From: a virus
Strand: one strand, 5' to 3'
IMG/VR virus record: IMGVR_UViG_3300042923_001201
Coordinates: 30,473-94,472 of that record
DNA: 64,000 nucleotides
The position numbers were made by a program, and so were the translations under genes. The notes beneath the pieces are model-generated. The model saw only the letters and a program-made list of their open reading frames with translations, did not search any database and had not been told where the DNA came from. The first letter of the stretch is position 1, and the number at the start of each line of letters is the position of its first letter. This document shows positions 8,855 through 19,138 of the stretch, one piece after another.

Positions 8855-10264
8855 TTAGCAACCGCAAGTTGATGTTTCATTCGATGTTCTAACAGGGTCA
8901 CCGCAATGTAAGCAAGGTACTTCACCTACGCAAATTTTAATAACATGGCTGTCACGATCTTTCAGTTTCTTGTGTCTTACATAGGAAAAGTTATTTGAGT
9001 ATTTTAGGTCAACATATGCAAGTGTTCCATTGCTTTTAAACGCATTATCAGGCATATAGCTTGAGATATAGTAACTATTCTCAATTTCCAAATAATTTGA
9101 AATTGTTTCTTCAATTAAATTTCTTACGACAGTTTCTGTGTCCTTGCTTTTTGATGGATAATGTTTTCCAAATATCATAGAGCAGCTATCTTTATCTACA
9201 AAAACAAATTGTCTCCATGATTTTGAATTGCCCTTCCATTTAAAACCTGATTCGTCATAGTCATACAACTTATTATTTTCTTTAAAGGCTACAAGTGTGG
9301 ACTCGTCAATCATATAGTCAAGATTTCCTGTACTGTATTCCCCGCCGGCAATTGAATGGCAACTTCTCCAACCATGTCTGTTATATGACGCTGTAAGATA
9401 ATCATAAGGCTCGATGGAAATTTTAATGGAACCTTTAATTGTTCTGTATTGAAGAACCTTTGAAAGTTCAATATCAAATTCAGGATCCTCGAGGTAAGCA
9501 GAAATGATTTTTGATACTTTCATTCCTCTTTCATATTTTGGAGCATATTTCATCAAAACTTCATCATATCCCCTTGCGGCATTCTTAATATATTCTTCAC
9601 TGTTAAATCTATGGATTACAGTTGCATATTTTTTATATTTTTTGGTGAGTTCATCAATCATAGCGCCCATATCAACAGAATCAATGTCCATATCAATTTC
9701 TTTGTTAATTGATAATTTTCTACCAAATAGGAGGAAAAAGTCAACTTTAGCTTCAGCCCATTTTTCAAGGTAAAGTTTAATGATTTCTGTTTTAGGAAAT
9801 ACTTTATCATCATAGGTAGCAGCGACAGCCATAACAGATCGAAATTGTTTCATGTCAACCATTGAAATCATTTCTCTTTTGGCTGTTTCCCTTACTTCGT
9901 CGTTAGTTATTTTAATACTTATTTCACGAAGTGATTCATCATCAAAAACAAATTCCGGCTCTGTTTCAATTTTCTTCGCACCTTCCTTAAATTTTACCAT
10001 ATCAAGACTCCATGAGAATCCAAATTCTCTCCATATCATAGATTGACCTTCTTTAATACGATCCATTGCCTCTGAGTTGACTAATAATTCCTTTCCCGCA
10101 AATGCTCCCATGGCGCCTTCAGCCCAACCGCATCTTACACTGTGAAAATAAGGACCAAATTCTTCAACTATTTCTTCTTCTCTTCTTATTACAACAACAT
10201 CACCAACAGTAATACCACGAAGATGTTCAGGAATAAATTTATTAGAATTTACAGATTGAATCAT
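8855..10264 (-). CDS. Conserved phage protein with WxSC motif and C-terminal Zn ribbon
   Basis: HGWRSCH..GEY motif, CLHCG at the C-terminus; adjacent to the M28 peptidase gene. Confidence 0.5.
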   Translation of the reverse strand: MIQSVNSNKFIPEHLRGITVGDVVVIRREEEIVEEFGPYFHSVRCGWAEGAMGAFAGKELLVNSEAMDRIKEGQSMIWREFGFSWSLDMVKFKEGAKKIETEPEFVFDDESLREISIKITNDEVRETAKREMISMVDMKQFRSVMAVAATYDDKVFPKTEIIKLYLEKWAEAKVDFFLLFGRKLSINKEIDMDIDSVDMGAMIDELTKKYKKYATVIHRFNSEEYIKNAARGYDEVLMKYAPKYERGMKVSKIISAYLEDPEFDIELSKVLQYRTIKGSIKISIEPYDYLTASYNRHGWRSCHSIAGGEYSTGNLDYMIDESTLVAFKENNKLYDYDESGFKWKGNSKSWRQFVFVDKDSCSMIFGKHYPSKSKDTETVVRNLIEETISNYLEIENSYYISSYMPDNAFKSNGTLAYVDLKYSNNFSYVRHKKLKDRDSHVIKICVGEVPCLHCGDPVRTSNETSTCGC

Positions 10265-10500
10265 TTTAAATTACCTCCATTTTATGTTTTAGTTAATTGA
10301 TTCCCAACCGATTACTTTCCCGCCAACAATCTTTAAATACATGCCATCATTATCATTTCCTTGACTTCCAACAAGCGTTTTAGTAGGTGGTTTGTTAGGT
10401 GGAAGTGAACTTGAAACTTGTGTCCTAACTTCATATCCATCGGCACTACCAACAAACCTTTTAAACAATTCTGAAACCATTTTAATTTCCTCCTTTATTT

Positions 10501-11097
10501 CTAACAAGTTACAAATCCAGCATCTGTTAGTATTTTTGCCATTTTATGTTTGAATTTAATAACTTTTTTGTTCGCACCCTGTCTTGAAATGCCAAGTTCA
10601 TCACCTAAATCACGAACAGAATAATCTGTTTTGTCCATGAATAGTCGCAGAATTTTTTTTTCTACGGGGTCTATATTTTTTTCTAAATTTTCTATAAAAT
10701 CACGAAATGCAAGAGAGGAAATGTCTACATCCTCTTCGCCGATAACTGATTCAATACTCATCTCATCCTCATCGGACGCAGATTGGTTTAGGCTTATGAA
10801 TCCTGCCTCATTATTACGCTTTTTTGCATACATTTTAAAAGTTGATCTGTGAATGGCACCTTGAAGATAAAAGACAAGATATGTTGAAAAAGCATTAGTT
10901 CCATCATACCTTTCGTAGGCAATCCATGTTTGAAGCTTCAATTCCTGTAATACTTCCTCATGATCGGGTTTATTAAAGTCACTTTTATTACATGCTGTCC
11001 ATGCAAATTTTTCTATCATTGGTGTAAATTGTTTGAGTACCTCCTCATATGTCATTTCGACGGGTCCACGATCTGAAAGAATAATAGTTTTTGTCAT
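10501..11097 (-). CDS. Phage sigma-70-family RNA polymerase sigma factor
   Basis: Region 2 (EEVLQE..W.AYERYD..FSTY) and region 4 HTH (VRDLGDELGISRQGA). Confidence 0.85.
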   Translation of the reverse strand: MTKTIILSDRGPVEMTYEEVLKQFTPMIEKFAWTACNKSDFNKPDHEEVLQELKLQTWIAYERYDGTNAFSTYLVFYLQGAIHRSTFKMYAKKRNNEAGFISLNQSASDEDEMSIESVIGEEDVDISSLAFRDFIENLEKNIDPVEKKILRLFMDKTDYSVRDLGDELGISRQGANKKVIKFKHKMAKILTDAGFVTC

Positions 11098-11137
11098 TAT
11101 TTTCACTCCTTTGGTTTTTCTACGGTGTTTTTTAAAA

Positions 11138-11185
11138 AATCGTCACTACAATTTTATTATATCATAGTGACGATTGCCTTGTCAA
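11138..11185 (-). promoter_or_regulatory. Sigma-A promoter (TTGACA-N18-TATAAT, extended TG) overlapping a terminator hairpin
   Basis: -35 at 11180-11185, -10 at 11156-11161; 11-bp inverted repeat AATCGTCACTA/TAGTGACGATT flanks the -10 and is followed by a T-run on the minus strand. Confidence 0.75.
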
Positions 11186-11194
11186 TAGGAATTT

Positions 11195-12481
11195 TTAATC
11201 ATATGATACATCGGTTTTGTCCCAACGGATACGAACAAAATTAGCATGGCGAATACCTACTGTTCCATTTTTATTATTAGATTCCTGAAATAATTCTACT
11301 TCAATAATCTTTCCAATCCATTTATCCCGGTCTTCCCAAAATTTAATGCGTTCAGTATTGGAATATCCGCCACCGATTCTTGCAGGATATCCTTTATAAT
11401 CAACAATAAAGGCACCTAACTTACCAGGATGTTTATGTTCAACATAACCTGTAATTTTAAGGTCGGCTGTATAAAACTTTTTAACTTTCATAAGTCCTAC
11501 ATGACGATCTGCAATATATTTAGAGTTCATATCATTAAGCATGAGCCCTTCGTATCCTTGCTCTTCAACGATTTTTACATATTCAGCAACTTTTGAATGA
11601 TCTTCACCTACGTAATAAATTGGGACCATTTGAATCAGATTAAGGTTTTTTGATTCACAATACGTCATAAGTTCATACATTTTCGACAGACGATAATCAT
11701 AAATAAGTTTAGATTCACCTTGCTCGAACTCATCTAAAGGTAATAGATCAAAAAGTACGAATATAATATCTTTCTTTTCGCCTTTTGATTTGAGAATTGA
11801 ACCTGTTTTGCGGAAGCGATCATCTGACCTCATTGTTTCGTCAATATATAGAAGCTCGCCGTCATAAACATAATTTCTAGGAAGTTGATTTAATTGAGCC
11901 TCAAGTTCCAACAAACCTTCAAATTTCATACCTGACTTTGAGAGGATTTCAAGGAAGTCTTCATGACTCTTGATTGTTGCTCGATACCCATCAATCTTGA
12001 GGTTAATGCAGTAACTGCCTTTTGTGAACTTTTCCTTATCATCCTCATACTTTTTAGCAAGTTGGATGTTGTGTTCAGGTATAAAGCCTGCGCCAATTGC
12101 CTTGTTGAAAGATGATGATGTTGCACCAATCTGCATATCCTGTGTAAATACTTCTTTCAGAAACTGATGAGTTTCATGAGGTTGTCCAAGAATCCATGAC
12201 TGAACACTTTTAACAACTGTATCAGATCCACTGTTATGTTGCCTAACAAGATTAAACATATGAAATAAAGTGTTATTAGGATTGTAATAAGGTGTAGCAC
12301 CTAGCTCCTTCTCTATTTTCTTTTTAGCAATACCTGTTGTAAAGAAGGGACTAAATACAAAATGAGCAACTTCTTTAAACAATTCGTCGTCTTTATATTT
12401 TTTAATAACTTCAATTTTTTCTTTACCTTTGGCAAGACGAATTTCCTCGAATTGATTTTTAAGTTTTACAACTTCACTCAT
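11195..12481 (-). CDS. ATP-dependent DNA ligase
   Basis: KIDGYR, YDGEL, FVLFD, EGLML, KVK motifs; OB-fold C-terminus. Confidence 0.95.
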   Translation of the reverse strand: MSEVVKLKNQFEEIRLAKGKEKIEVIKKYKDDELFKEVAHFVFSPFFTTGIAKKKIEKELGATPYYNPNNTLFHMFNLVRQHNSGSDTVVKSVQSWILGQPHETHQFLKEVFTQDMQIGATSSSFNKAIGAGFIPEHNIQLAKKYEDDKEKFTKGSYCINLKIDGYRATIKSHEDFLEILSKSGMKFEGLLELEAQLNQLPRNYVYDGELLYIDETMRSDDRFRKTGSILKSKGEKKDIIFVLFDLLPLDEFEQGESKLIYDYRLSKMYELMTYCESKNLNLIQMVPIYYVGEDHSKVAEYVKIVEEQGYEGLMLNDMNSKYIADRHVGLMKVKKFYTADLKITGYVEHKHPGKLGAFIVDYKGYPARIGGGYSNTERIKFWEDRDKWIGKIIEVELFQESNNKNGTVGIRHANFVRIRWDKTDVSYD

Positions 12482-13012
12482 TAATCATACCTCCATTATC
12501 TTAGGAATGAACTTATGAAAACATATTTTGCAGGGCGGCCGTATTTCTTTGAAAGTTCTTTTGATTTATGATTTACCGCCATTATGTATGGCTTAATCTG
12601 TGCGTGTGCCTCCTCGCGAGTAATCTCGTTTCGTTTATAGAGGAGTCGAGCTGCTTCAGCACGTTCCTTTAATACGCGGATATCCTGATTCATGTTCTAC
12701 ACCTCCATTTGTTTATAATTCATTTTAACATATTTTTCATTCGATGTAAATAGAATTTTTACCACCAATTTTTACCGTGTACGATAGCCACGCCAACAGT
12801 AAGAAATATAAAACTAATTCCTAGACCTATCGCAGCTTGAGGATTAAAATTACCTACTGTAATAACTAAAAAGACGATTGTTAAAGCGAAAAAAGCTAAC
12901 ATGAACATTACAGATATAACTTGAAAGAATTTATTCCAATTCATTATATCACCTCCATCAATAATTTTATTTTATCATAGAATTTTTCATTTGTATATAG
13001 AAAAATAAAAAA

Positions 13013-13029
13013 GAAACCCGAAGGTTTCT
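13013..13029 (-). terminator. Intrinsic terminator with cUUCGg tetraloop
   Basis: Minus strand GAAACC-TTCG-GGTTTC followed by a T-tract; the same tetraloop type occurs at about 45981-45996 and 55633-55650. Confidence 0.8.
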
Positions 13030-13634
13030 CATTTATCAAGTATATATACAGTAGCTCCATAAGTTCTACCCAATTGCTTAAGACTACTTGTTGAGTCCTT
13101 TTTATAAACATCAATAATCTTTCCCTTTACTTTGCTACCCGTATCATCAGCTCGTCTTGTGATTTCTTTACCATCAGGAAATACAATGCGAACCCAAGTT
13201 CCAAGTGGGATAACTTTAGGATCTACTGAAATTGTTGTCCCATCAACAGTCTCCCTTCCGCTTTTTGTTGTACCTGTATCATTATACCAAGTTATTTCAA
13301 AACCCGTTAGTTTTTTTAATTCTTTTTGTTTTTTAAGCTGTGCGATCTCATTTTCGAGTTCACGTATACGGATTTTGGATTGATCTAATTTGTCTAATAC
13401 CAAATAGTTATAAGAAATGAGTTTACTTTGATAGTTAACCAATTCCTTATTTTTTAGTGTTAGTCCATTATTAATCAATCTTTCTTCTTTTACGTTTTGC
13501 TCCAAAACTTGAACCTTTGACTCAAGTCCCGGAGCTTCAGCGGCTTGAGAATATAACGTACCTCCACCATATACCATAAGTGCTGATATAGTAAAAGCAA
13601 TTACATTAGTTGCCACCTTAGCTCCCTTATTCAT
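13029..13634 (-). CDS. 3D-domain cell-wall protein (lytic transglycosylase-like, YorM-like)
   Basis: N-terminal hydrophobic segment, coiled coil, then ISVDPKVIPLG, ADDTG, IIDVY. Confidence 0.85.
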   Translation of the reverse strand: MNKGAKVATNVIAFTISALMVYGGGTLYSQAAEAPGLESKVQVLEQNVKEERLINNGLTLKNKELVNYQSKLISYNYLVLDKLDQSKIRIRELENEIAQLKKQKELKKLTGFEITWYNDTGTTKSGRETVDGTTISVDPKVIPLGTWVRIVFPDGKEITRRADDTGSKVKGKIIDVYKKDSTSSLKQLGRTYGATVYILDK

Positions 13635-13638
13635 AAAC

Positions 13639-14208
13639 TCACTTCTTTCTAGGTTTTATTTTGTTGCAATTATTATAATCTAGATTAATATCACCTGTCA
13701 ACCTATTTTCGAGGGCTCCCTTAAATATTGAACATTTTTCATGATTTTTAGAACAGTTAATACAGTTTTTAAATTTAAATACTTCAAGTTCCCTTTCGCT
13801 ATCAAAAATGCCCACATAATTAGATTCATATATGATAAGTTCAATTTTTGGATCTTTGGAATCTATATAAATTCTTTTTGTCCTTTCTATAACTTTACTA
13901 TCATCATGGTAAATCCCTGCAGATTTTAAAACATCTAATGGTAACTTATAATGATTGTTAGAGTCCATACCATGCCTAGGAAAATAAAAAGTACATTCAA
14001 CTATTATATATTTCTCAGGAGTTGGTTTAACCCATGCTTGTTCTCTCGCAGCTTCTTCCGATATTTTTAGAAAGATATTTTCAAATATAAGAGAGGCTTC
14101 TGATTTATATGCTTGAACAAATCGTCTTTTATTTTTAGTCTGAACCCTATAATTTAAATAGTTATTAACTGATGGTGGAATAGGACCGACTATTTTAAGT
14201 TGTTTCAT
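13639..14208 (-). CDS. rusA: RusA-family Holliday junction resolvase
   Basis: PPSVN, DSNNHYK..LD.L, DDSKV. Confidence 0.8.
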   Translation of the reverse strand: MKQLKIVGPIPPSVNNYLNYRVQTKNKRRFVQAYKSEASLIFENIFLKISEEAAREQAWVKPTPEKYIIVECTFYFPRHGMDSNNHYKLPLDVLKSAGIYHDDSKVIERTKRIYIDSKDPKIELIIYESNYVGIFDSERELEVFKFKNCINCSKNHEKCSIFKGALENRLTGDINLDYNNCNKIKPRKK

Positions 14209-14719
14209 AGTTTTTTACCTCATATCTTTTATTAATTAAAGTCCCCTTATCTAAATGATTGTTTAATGTTCTTATAGTTGTCCCTATAAAATCTTTTGCT
14301 TCATCTCTACTATTAAAGATTTGTGAAGTACTATTTAAATTATCAACCACAAGAGTTAATTTTTTTGCTTTTTTACTTCTTTTTTCTTTTGACTCTTTTG
14401 AATGTTTTCTACCTTTCATAGTTTCAGATTGATTTAATTGCCATTTGATGCCTTGTTCAAAACAAGCTTCATTCATTCCTAAGGACCAATAATATCTTTT
14501 CATTTCTGTTTCGTATTTATATGCCTCTTTCCTATTGTCCGTTAAAAAGATTATTTCAATATCATAGCCGTTTTTATCTACAATTTCCCACCATTTCTTA
14601 TTTCTCTTACCTCCATTTGTTCTTTTAGCATGATAAGGCCTACCTAAATCCCCACTACCGACATAAAAAACGTGATCGGTTCCTTTTATTTTATGAACAT
14701 ATACACAGTACTTTACCAT
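14195..14719 (-). mobile_element. Free-standing GIY-YIG-type homing endonuclease (NUMOD3/NUMOD1 tail)
   Basis: YCVYVH...FYVGSG..R; KGRKHSKESKEKRS (NUMOD3); FNSRDEAKDF (NUMOD1). Confidence 0.7.
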
Positions 14720-15252
14720 ACAACTGATTCCTCCACAATTATTTTTTTGACCTTTTTAAGCGCGTCTTGATAGGTCTTGTTATTAATTACAATGTGCTCA
14801 ACCTCATATTCAATTCCTTCAAAGTCGACATTATCTGCTGAAAATCTACGATGGGCTTCAATTGCATTTCCATCTCTTTTTACATATCTATAAAATCTGT
14901 CTGCTTGCGGAGCCATAATATAAACGCCAATAACTCTATCTCCAAACTTCTCTTTAAAATTTCGATACCCTTGTGGTTCCAATACAATAACATATTTTTT
15001 ACCTTCTTGGATAGAGTTATTAGGTGTTCCATATTTCCAATTATTAAATTCTTTGATTTCTATAAAGTCATTTTTATTAAACTCATCTTTTTTCTTGAAG
15101 TGATAGTGAACTCCATCAATTTCTCCAGGTCGGGGCGGACGTGATGTTGCTGTTACTACCTCTTCTATACCAAATATCTTTGAAATATCCTTGCAAATAT
15201 CGCTCTTCCCAGAAGCAGCCTTACCTAATATAACAAAAATTGTATCTTTCAT
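14713..15252 (-). CDS. gmk: Guanylate kinase
   Basis: GKAASGKS, TSRPPRPGEIDGVHYHF, YGT. Confidence 0.9.
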   Translation of the reverse strand: MKDTIFVILGKAASGKSDICKDISKIFGIEEVVTATSRPPRPGEIDGVHYHFKKKDEFNKNDFIEIKEFNNWKYGTPNNSIQEGKKYVIVLEPQGYRNFKEKFGDRVIGVYIMAPQADRFYRYVKRDGNAIEAHRRFSADNVDFEGIEYEVEHIVINNKTYQDALKKVKKIIVEESVVW

Positions 15253-15313
15253 GATTTTACCTCCATTGAAAATTACAAAGGTCACCCGATTAGAGTGACC
15301 TCAATATTAATTT

Positions 15314-15871
15314 TTATTTTTGTGAATTTTTAATCTGACGTTCAATTTCTGCAGTCAATTTAGGTTCAGGTGCAGACCAACCTTCAGGTTTCATAATTTT
15401 ATTACCGTTCGCCGCATCATATCGAGGTTTTCCATCTTCCCAAAGTTTTGACATATTAGCATCTTGTACAATATCAAACAGTGGCTGCGGATCGGTTCCT
15501 GCAACAACAAACGAACCTTGGACAAAGTAGTTAACATCTGTAAGTGCATCCATTTGTTCTACAAGAACATTTACAACCTTGTTATCTTTTGCAATAATCT
15601 TTCTTTCTGTTTCAAATAAAGAGATTGACAATTTTCTAACAAGTTGACGAAAAAGATCGAGATCATTGTTGGCAGTTGCATAAAGGAACTCAACAAGTTC
15701 TTCAGCAGTCCATTTTGTACGAGCAAGAGCAACGTCTGTAGGAATAGCTGTAGGTGAATCGGTAACAATATGACCAAATGCTTCGTGAAAATCCTTCACC
15801 TGATCTTTAGTATAATCGAGACCCTTACGTTGAATTTTAGTTGTTGTTGTTGTTGTTGTTGTTTTAGCCAA
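15314..15871 (-). CDS. MazG-like / PRA-PH-like nucleoside triphosphate pyrophosphohydrolase
   Basis: VKDFHEAF, EELVE, DALTD..YF, ANMSK; N-terminal Thr8 run. Confidence 0.8.
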   Translation of the reverse strand: MAKTTTTTTTTKIQRKGLDYTKDQVKDFHEAFGHIVTDSPTAIPTDVALARTKWTAEELVEFLYATANNDLDLFRQLVRKLSISLFETERKIIAKDNKVVNVLVEQMDALTDVNYFVQGSFVVAGTDPQPLFDIVQDANMSKLWEDGKPRYDAANGNKIMKPEGWSAPEPKLTAEIERQIKNSQK

Positions 15872-16352
15872 TTTTAGCTACCCCCAAGAATTTTTTGTGA
15901 ATATACAAGCCGCGGTCGACTTGTTTAATTGTAGGATTATATTTCATTGAAGTTTGAATTAAACTTGTGTAACTTTTTTCCTTCCACTTATATCCATGAA
16001 TATTCATAATTTCTCCGATTTGTTTTGCAGTCAAACCTTTTTCACAGATAGCCAAGATTGAGGCAAGGAAATTTGCTTCAGACAAACATCCTTTTTCAGA
16101 TCGACGATTTACTTCCCCCACTGTTCTGCGGCGGATAACTGTTACTTTAGTAATTCGTTTTCTAAGAACATATGCTTCAATTCCAGGACTTACATAAATT
16201 TCAGGGATATATCGTTTAAAAGTTGCTTTTTTCTCAAGACCGTCACGACCTACAACTATAACTTTATCACCATCAACAAGTCCATCAATATTGCAGATAT
16301 AATTATAAGTATTTTCAGTACCTTTAAATTTAATCATTGCATATTTTGTCAT
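15864..16352 (-). CDS. Protein with C-terminal Rok-like winged-helix domain
   Basis: YTSLIQTSMKYNPTIKQVDRGLY resembles the B. subtilis Rok C-terminus (TTFMSSLIKMYPEVKKPYRGQY, from memory). Confidence 0.5.
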   Translation of the reverse strand: MTKYAMIKFKGTENTYNYICNIDGLVDGDKVIVVGRDGLEKKATFKRYIPEIYVSPGIEAYVLRKRITKVTVIRRRTVGEVNRRSEKGCLSEANFLASILAICEKGLTAKQIGEIMNIHGYKWKEKSYTSLIQTSMKYNPTIKQVDRGLYIHKKFLGVAKIG

Positions 16353-17161
16353 TATATTAGCCTCCTAATTTTAGAAGGGGAGAATTACTCCCCGAAATTT
16401 ACATCGAACGCTTCTTTTTCAGCAACGTGAGTGACAGTAATATTAGCAATCCAATATTCTACACCTTTTTTAACTTTTTTCGTAACTGAGGACTTTTTAA
16501 TTTCATGTCCTCCTTCACGGTAATTTTCTACAATCTGTTTTGCTTGAAATTCTGAACCAGCCATGTGTACAAACGTCTGTGAAAGCAAAATGTTCAAAGT
16601 GTTCATTTAATTAACCTCTTTTCTGAAGAATGAGTTCATATTCGGACGAAGGGTAATAACTATAGCGCCGGCGGCATGCTGGAACATTGAAGGCATCGTT
16701 GAGATCTCCCAAAGAATTAAATGCTCCAAATGCTCCACCCGCACCATCAAAACTTTTAGCGATATATTGTGCGTTTTCGCCAAATTTATTAAATGCTACA
16801 ATAATATATGGAGAATTAGTTTCTTTATAGATAATTACATCGCCTAATTGAAGTTCTACCTTTCCCAAATCTGTTTTATTTTCTTTAACTTGCATTATCA
16901 TCAACAACCTTTCGTTTTTGTTATATGTCATTATATATATTTTATATTTAACTGTTAACCAGATTTTGTGATTTTTTTTCTATAATTTTATATTCATTGT
17001 GGAAGATAAAATTAGTAGCGGCAGGATTATCTGAATATTGTTTTACATAGACGCCATCTTTATCTTTGTTCATTACAACCATTCTTGTGCCAATATCGTA
17101 ATCGCTGAAAGTAAGATCAGGATTAGTAATTTCAATTTTGTCGCCAGGTTCAACAATATCT

Positions 17162-18367
17162 TTATTTTCCATTTTTCATTTCCTCCACACTTTTATTAAT
17201 AAGATTATTAAAATGAGTTCCATCTTTATACTTCTGCTGAATAATAGCATCGCGCAATAGCAATCTCATTTTTGGATAGGCCCCGGGGTGAGTCTCTAAG
17301 AACTCAACTTTTTGTTTTAGTTCTTCAGGCGAGCTCACATACAACCAATCAGGTACACCGTGGTATTTTACAAGTAAACGGTCTTCATCATAGGTTTCAT
17401 GGAAGAAAGGTATAATACCATGAGCTACAGCCTCCACCCATTTCCCGCTAATGTCGCCCTTAATAATAGGATAGCAAAAAGTATATTTAACTGAAGGGAG
17501 AATAGTCTGAAGTTCATCAAATGATACCGAACCCATAAATTTGCGTTCATTGCCTTTTTGTTGAGTTTCATCCCATTTTCCATATACTTTAATATCGTCA
17601 AAGTTATTAATACAAAAATCTTGAATTACTTTTATTCTCTTCTTATCATCGTACTGGTGGAAAAAAATCGAAAATTTTTCTGTCTTCGGTTTGTTAGGAT
17701 GTTTTAATTGACTGTCAAGCAAGTATTGAGTTTCTGCTGCAGCATATTTTAACTTAACAGTATGCTCGACCATTGTAACTTGATCTTCATAGGACTTCAT
17801 ACGTTTGATTTTAACTTCACCCTCACGAACTCCCAAACTAATCTTTTCAGGATTGATCATATCTCTCGCGGGCAATGGCATGTATCGGCCATCTGATGTG
17901 ATTGTTAGCCAATTAATACGCGATTCATTAAGATAATAAGTAATGGGAGAAACATAATTAACAAGAGACATAATAGGACGCCGTATGTCTTTTGTCGGAA
18001 GTTTAGTTTTTCGGTCCAGACAAAAAATTCGACCAGGAATGGAAAGGCTACACATCCCACCGTGAATAATACCCACATCAATCTCAACATCTTTTAATCT
18101 CTCCCATACCCAAGTTGTTGGGTCATCAGTTTTAGGGTTAAAGCCTTCCCAAACATCAATTACATTCTTATTAGGAAACCACTTATCATATGTTTCTTGA
18201 TTAATTCGACTCAAATCTGACTTGCCAATCATATAGTAAATATTCTGAGGATTAAGTCGTGCAAGCGCCGATAGCAATATAGGAAATTCGTTATTTCCTG
18301 CATTGTGACCCCACTTTGTTCTATTAAAATATGAAGACCTACCAATCTTACCAATAACTATTAACAT
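17162..18367 (-). CDS. GT-B fold DNA glycosyltransferase (T4 BGT-like), GT1
   Basis: C-terminus YTFCYP..ISGKWVEAVAHGIIPFFHETYD..LYVSSPEEL parallels BGT ITLRVWE..VMLIDEEFD..FYVNNRAEL; VYGKW motif. Confidence 0.65.
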   Translation of the reverse strand: MLIVIGKIGRSSYFNRTKWGHNAGNNEFPILLSALARLNPQNIYYMIGKSDLSRINQETYDKWFPNKNVIDVWEGFNPKTDDPTTWVWERLKDVEIDVGIIHGGMCSLSIPGRIFCLDRKTKLPTKDIRRPIMSLVNYVSPITYYLNESRINWLTITSDGRYMPLPARDMINPEKISLGVREGEVKIKRMKSYEDQVTMVEHTVKLKYAAAETQYLLDSQLKHPNKPKTEKFSIFFHQYDDKKRIKVIQDFCINNFDDIKVYGKWDETQQKGNERKFMGSVSFDELQTILPSVKYTFCYPIIKGDISGKWVEAVAHGIIPFFHETYDEDRLLVKYHGVPDWLYVSSPEELKQKVEFLETHPGAYPKMRLLLRDAIIQQKYKDGTHFNNLINKSVEEMKNGK

Positions 18368-19059
18368 GCTAAACCTCCGTTTTGATTTTGAATTTTAAAT
18401 TCTAACTCTTTTTTAATAAATTCTTGTATTTCTGAGAATCTATTAATAGTCATTTCAATTTTTTCTGAAGGATAGGTTTTTTCAAATCCTTTGGGTGTTT
18501 TTAGCATATATTTAATTTTTCTAGGTGTAATTGATAAAAATTTTGTAACTACTTTCATTAGGTCCTTATCAATTGAATTAACAAAATCTTTAATATCTCT
18601 TGTTTCCCACTCTCTAAATCTAACCCAAGGATTTGCACTTCCATTATCAATTAAAAATAATCTATTATTTTTATACCCATAATTGCCTGAGTGTCTGTCT
18701 CCATTATTTATAATAATATCAAATAGTGTTAATAATTTTGATTCAGTTTTTGTCTTTGTTCTTCCATCACTATTTGCTTTATCTGCAACTATAAACTTGT
18801 CTTCCCACCAATGAACTGAACAGTATTTATTTAGTCCGAATACATCTCCCGTATTAATTAATTCTACCTTATTTGTAGGAATACCTAGTGTCTTACCTAG
18901 TCTGTAAGCAAAACATTCCATTAGTGCCTCTTCAAAGTTTTCACCTTTAATCATTACCTTTTTGTCTTCAAATTTGCCAATAACCTTTGGTGTAATTCCT
19001 CCGTGGCTCTTTCTTGCGTCATTTTTTGACAATACAACTTCGATTTTACTTGAGTCCAT
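18361..19059 (-). CDS. HipA / PI3-4-kinase-like Ser/Thr protein kinase
   Basis: MIK, E.FAYRLG..LGIP, LFD..I.NGDRHSGN, LIDNG. Confidence 0.8.
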   Translation of the reverse strand: MDSSKIEVVLSKNDARKSHGGITPKVIGKFEDKKVMIKGENFEEALMECFAYRLGKTLGIPTNKVELINTGDVFGLNKYCSVHWWEDKFIVADKANSDGRTKTKTESKLLTLFDIIINNGDRHSGNYGYKNNRLFLIDNGSANPWVRFREWETRDIKDFVNSIDKDLMKVVTKFLSITPRKIKYMLKTPKGFEKTYPSEKIEMTINRFSEIQEFIKKELEFKIQNQNGGLAC

Positions 19060-19080
19060 TTTAATCCTCCTTATAAAATA

Positions 19081-19129
19081 AAAAAATCGTTATGATAAAT
19101 TATATACATAACGATTTTTTCTGTAAACC
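19081..19129 (-). promoter_or_regulatory. Class-2 promoter overlapping a 14-bp perfect inverted repeat (terminator)
   Basis: GGTTTACA-N17-TATAAT (-35 19122-19127, -10 19099-19104); arms AAAAAATCGTTATG (19081-19094) and CATAACGATTTTTT (19107-19120). Confidence 0.75.
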
Positions 19130-19138
19130 AGGATTCAA

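Noticed and set aside
15840-15863. Trinucleotide run encoding poly-Thr as a phase-variation tract
   Set aside because: Triplet slippage keeps the frame, so it is most likely a low-complexity N-terminus.
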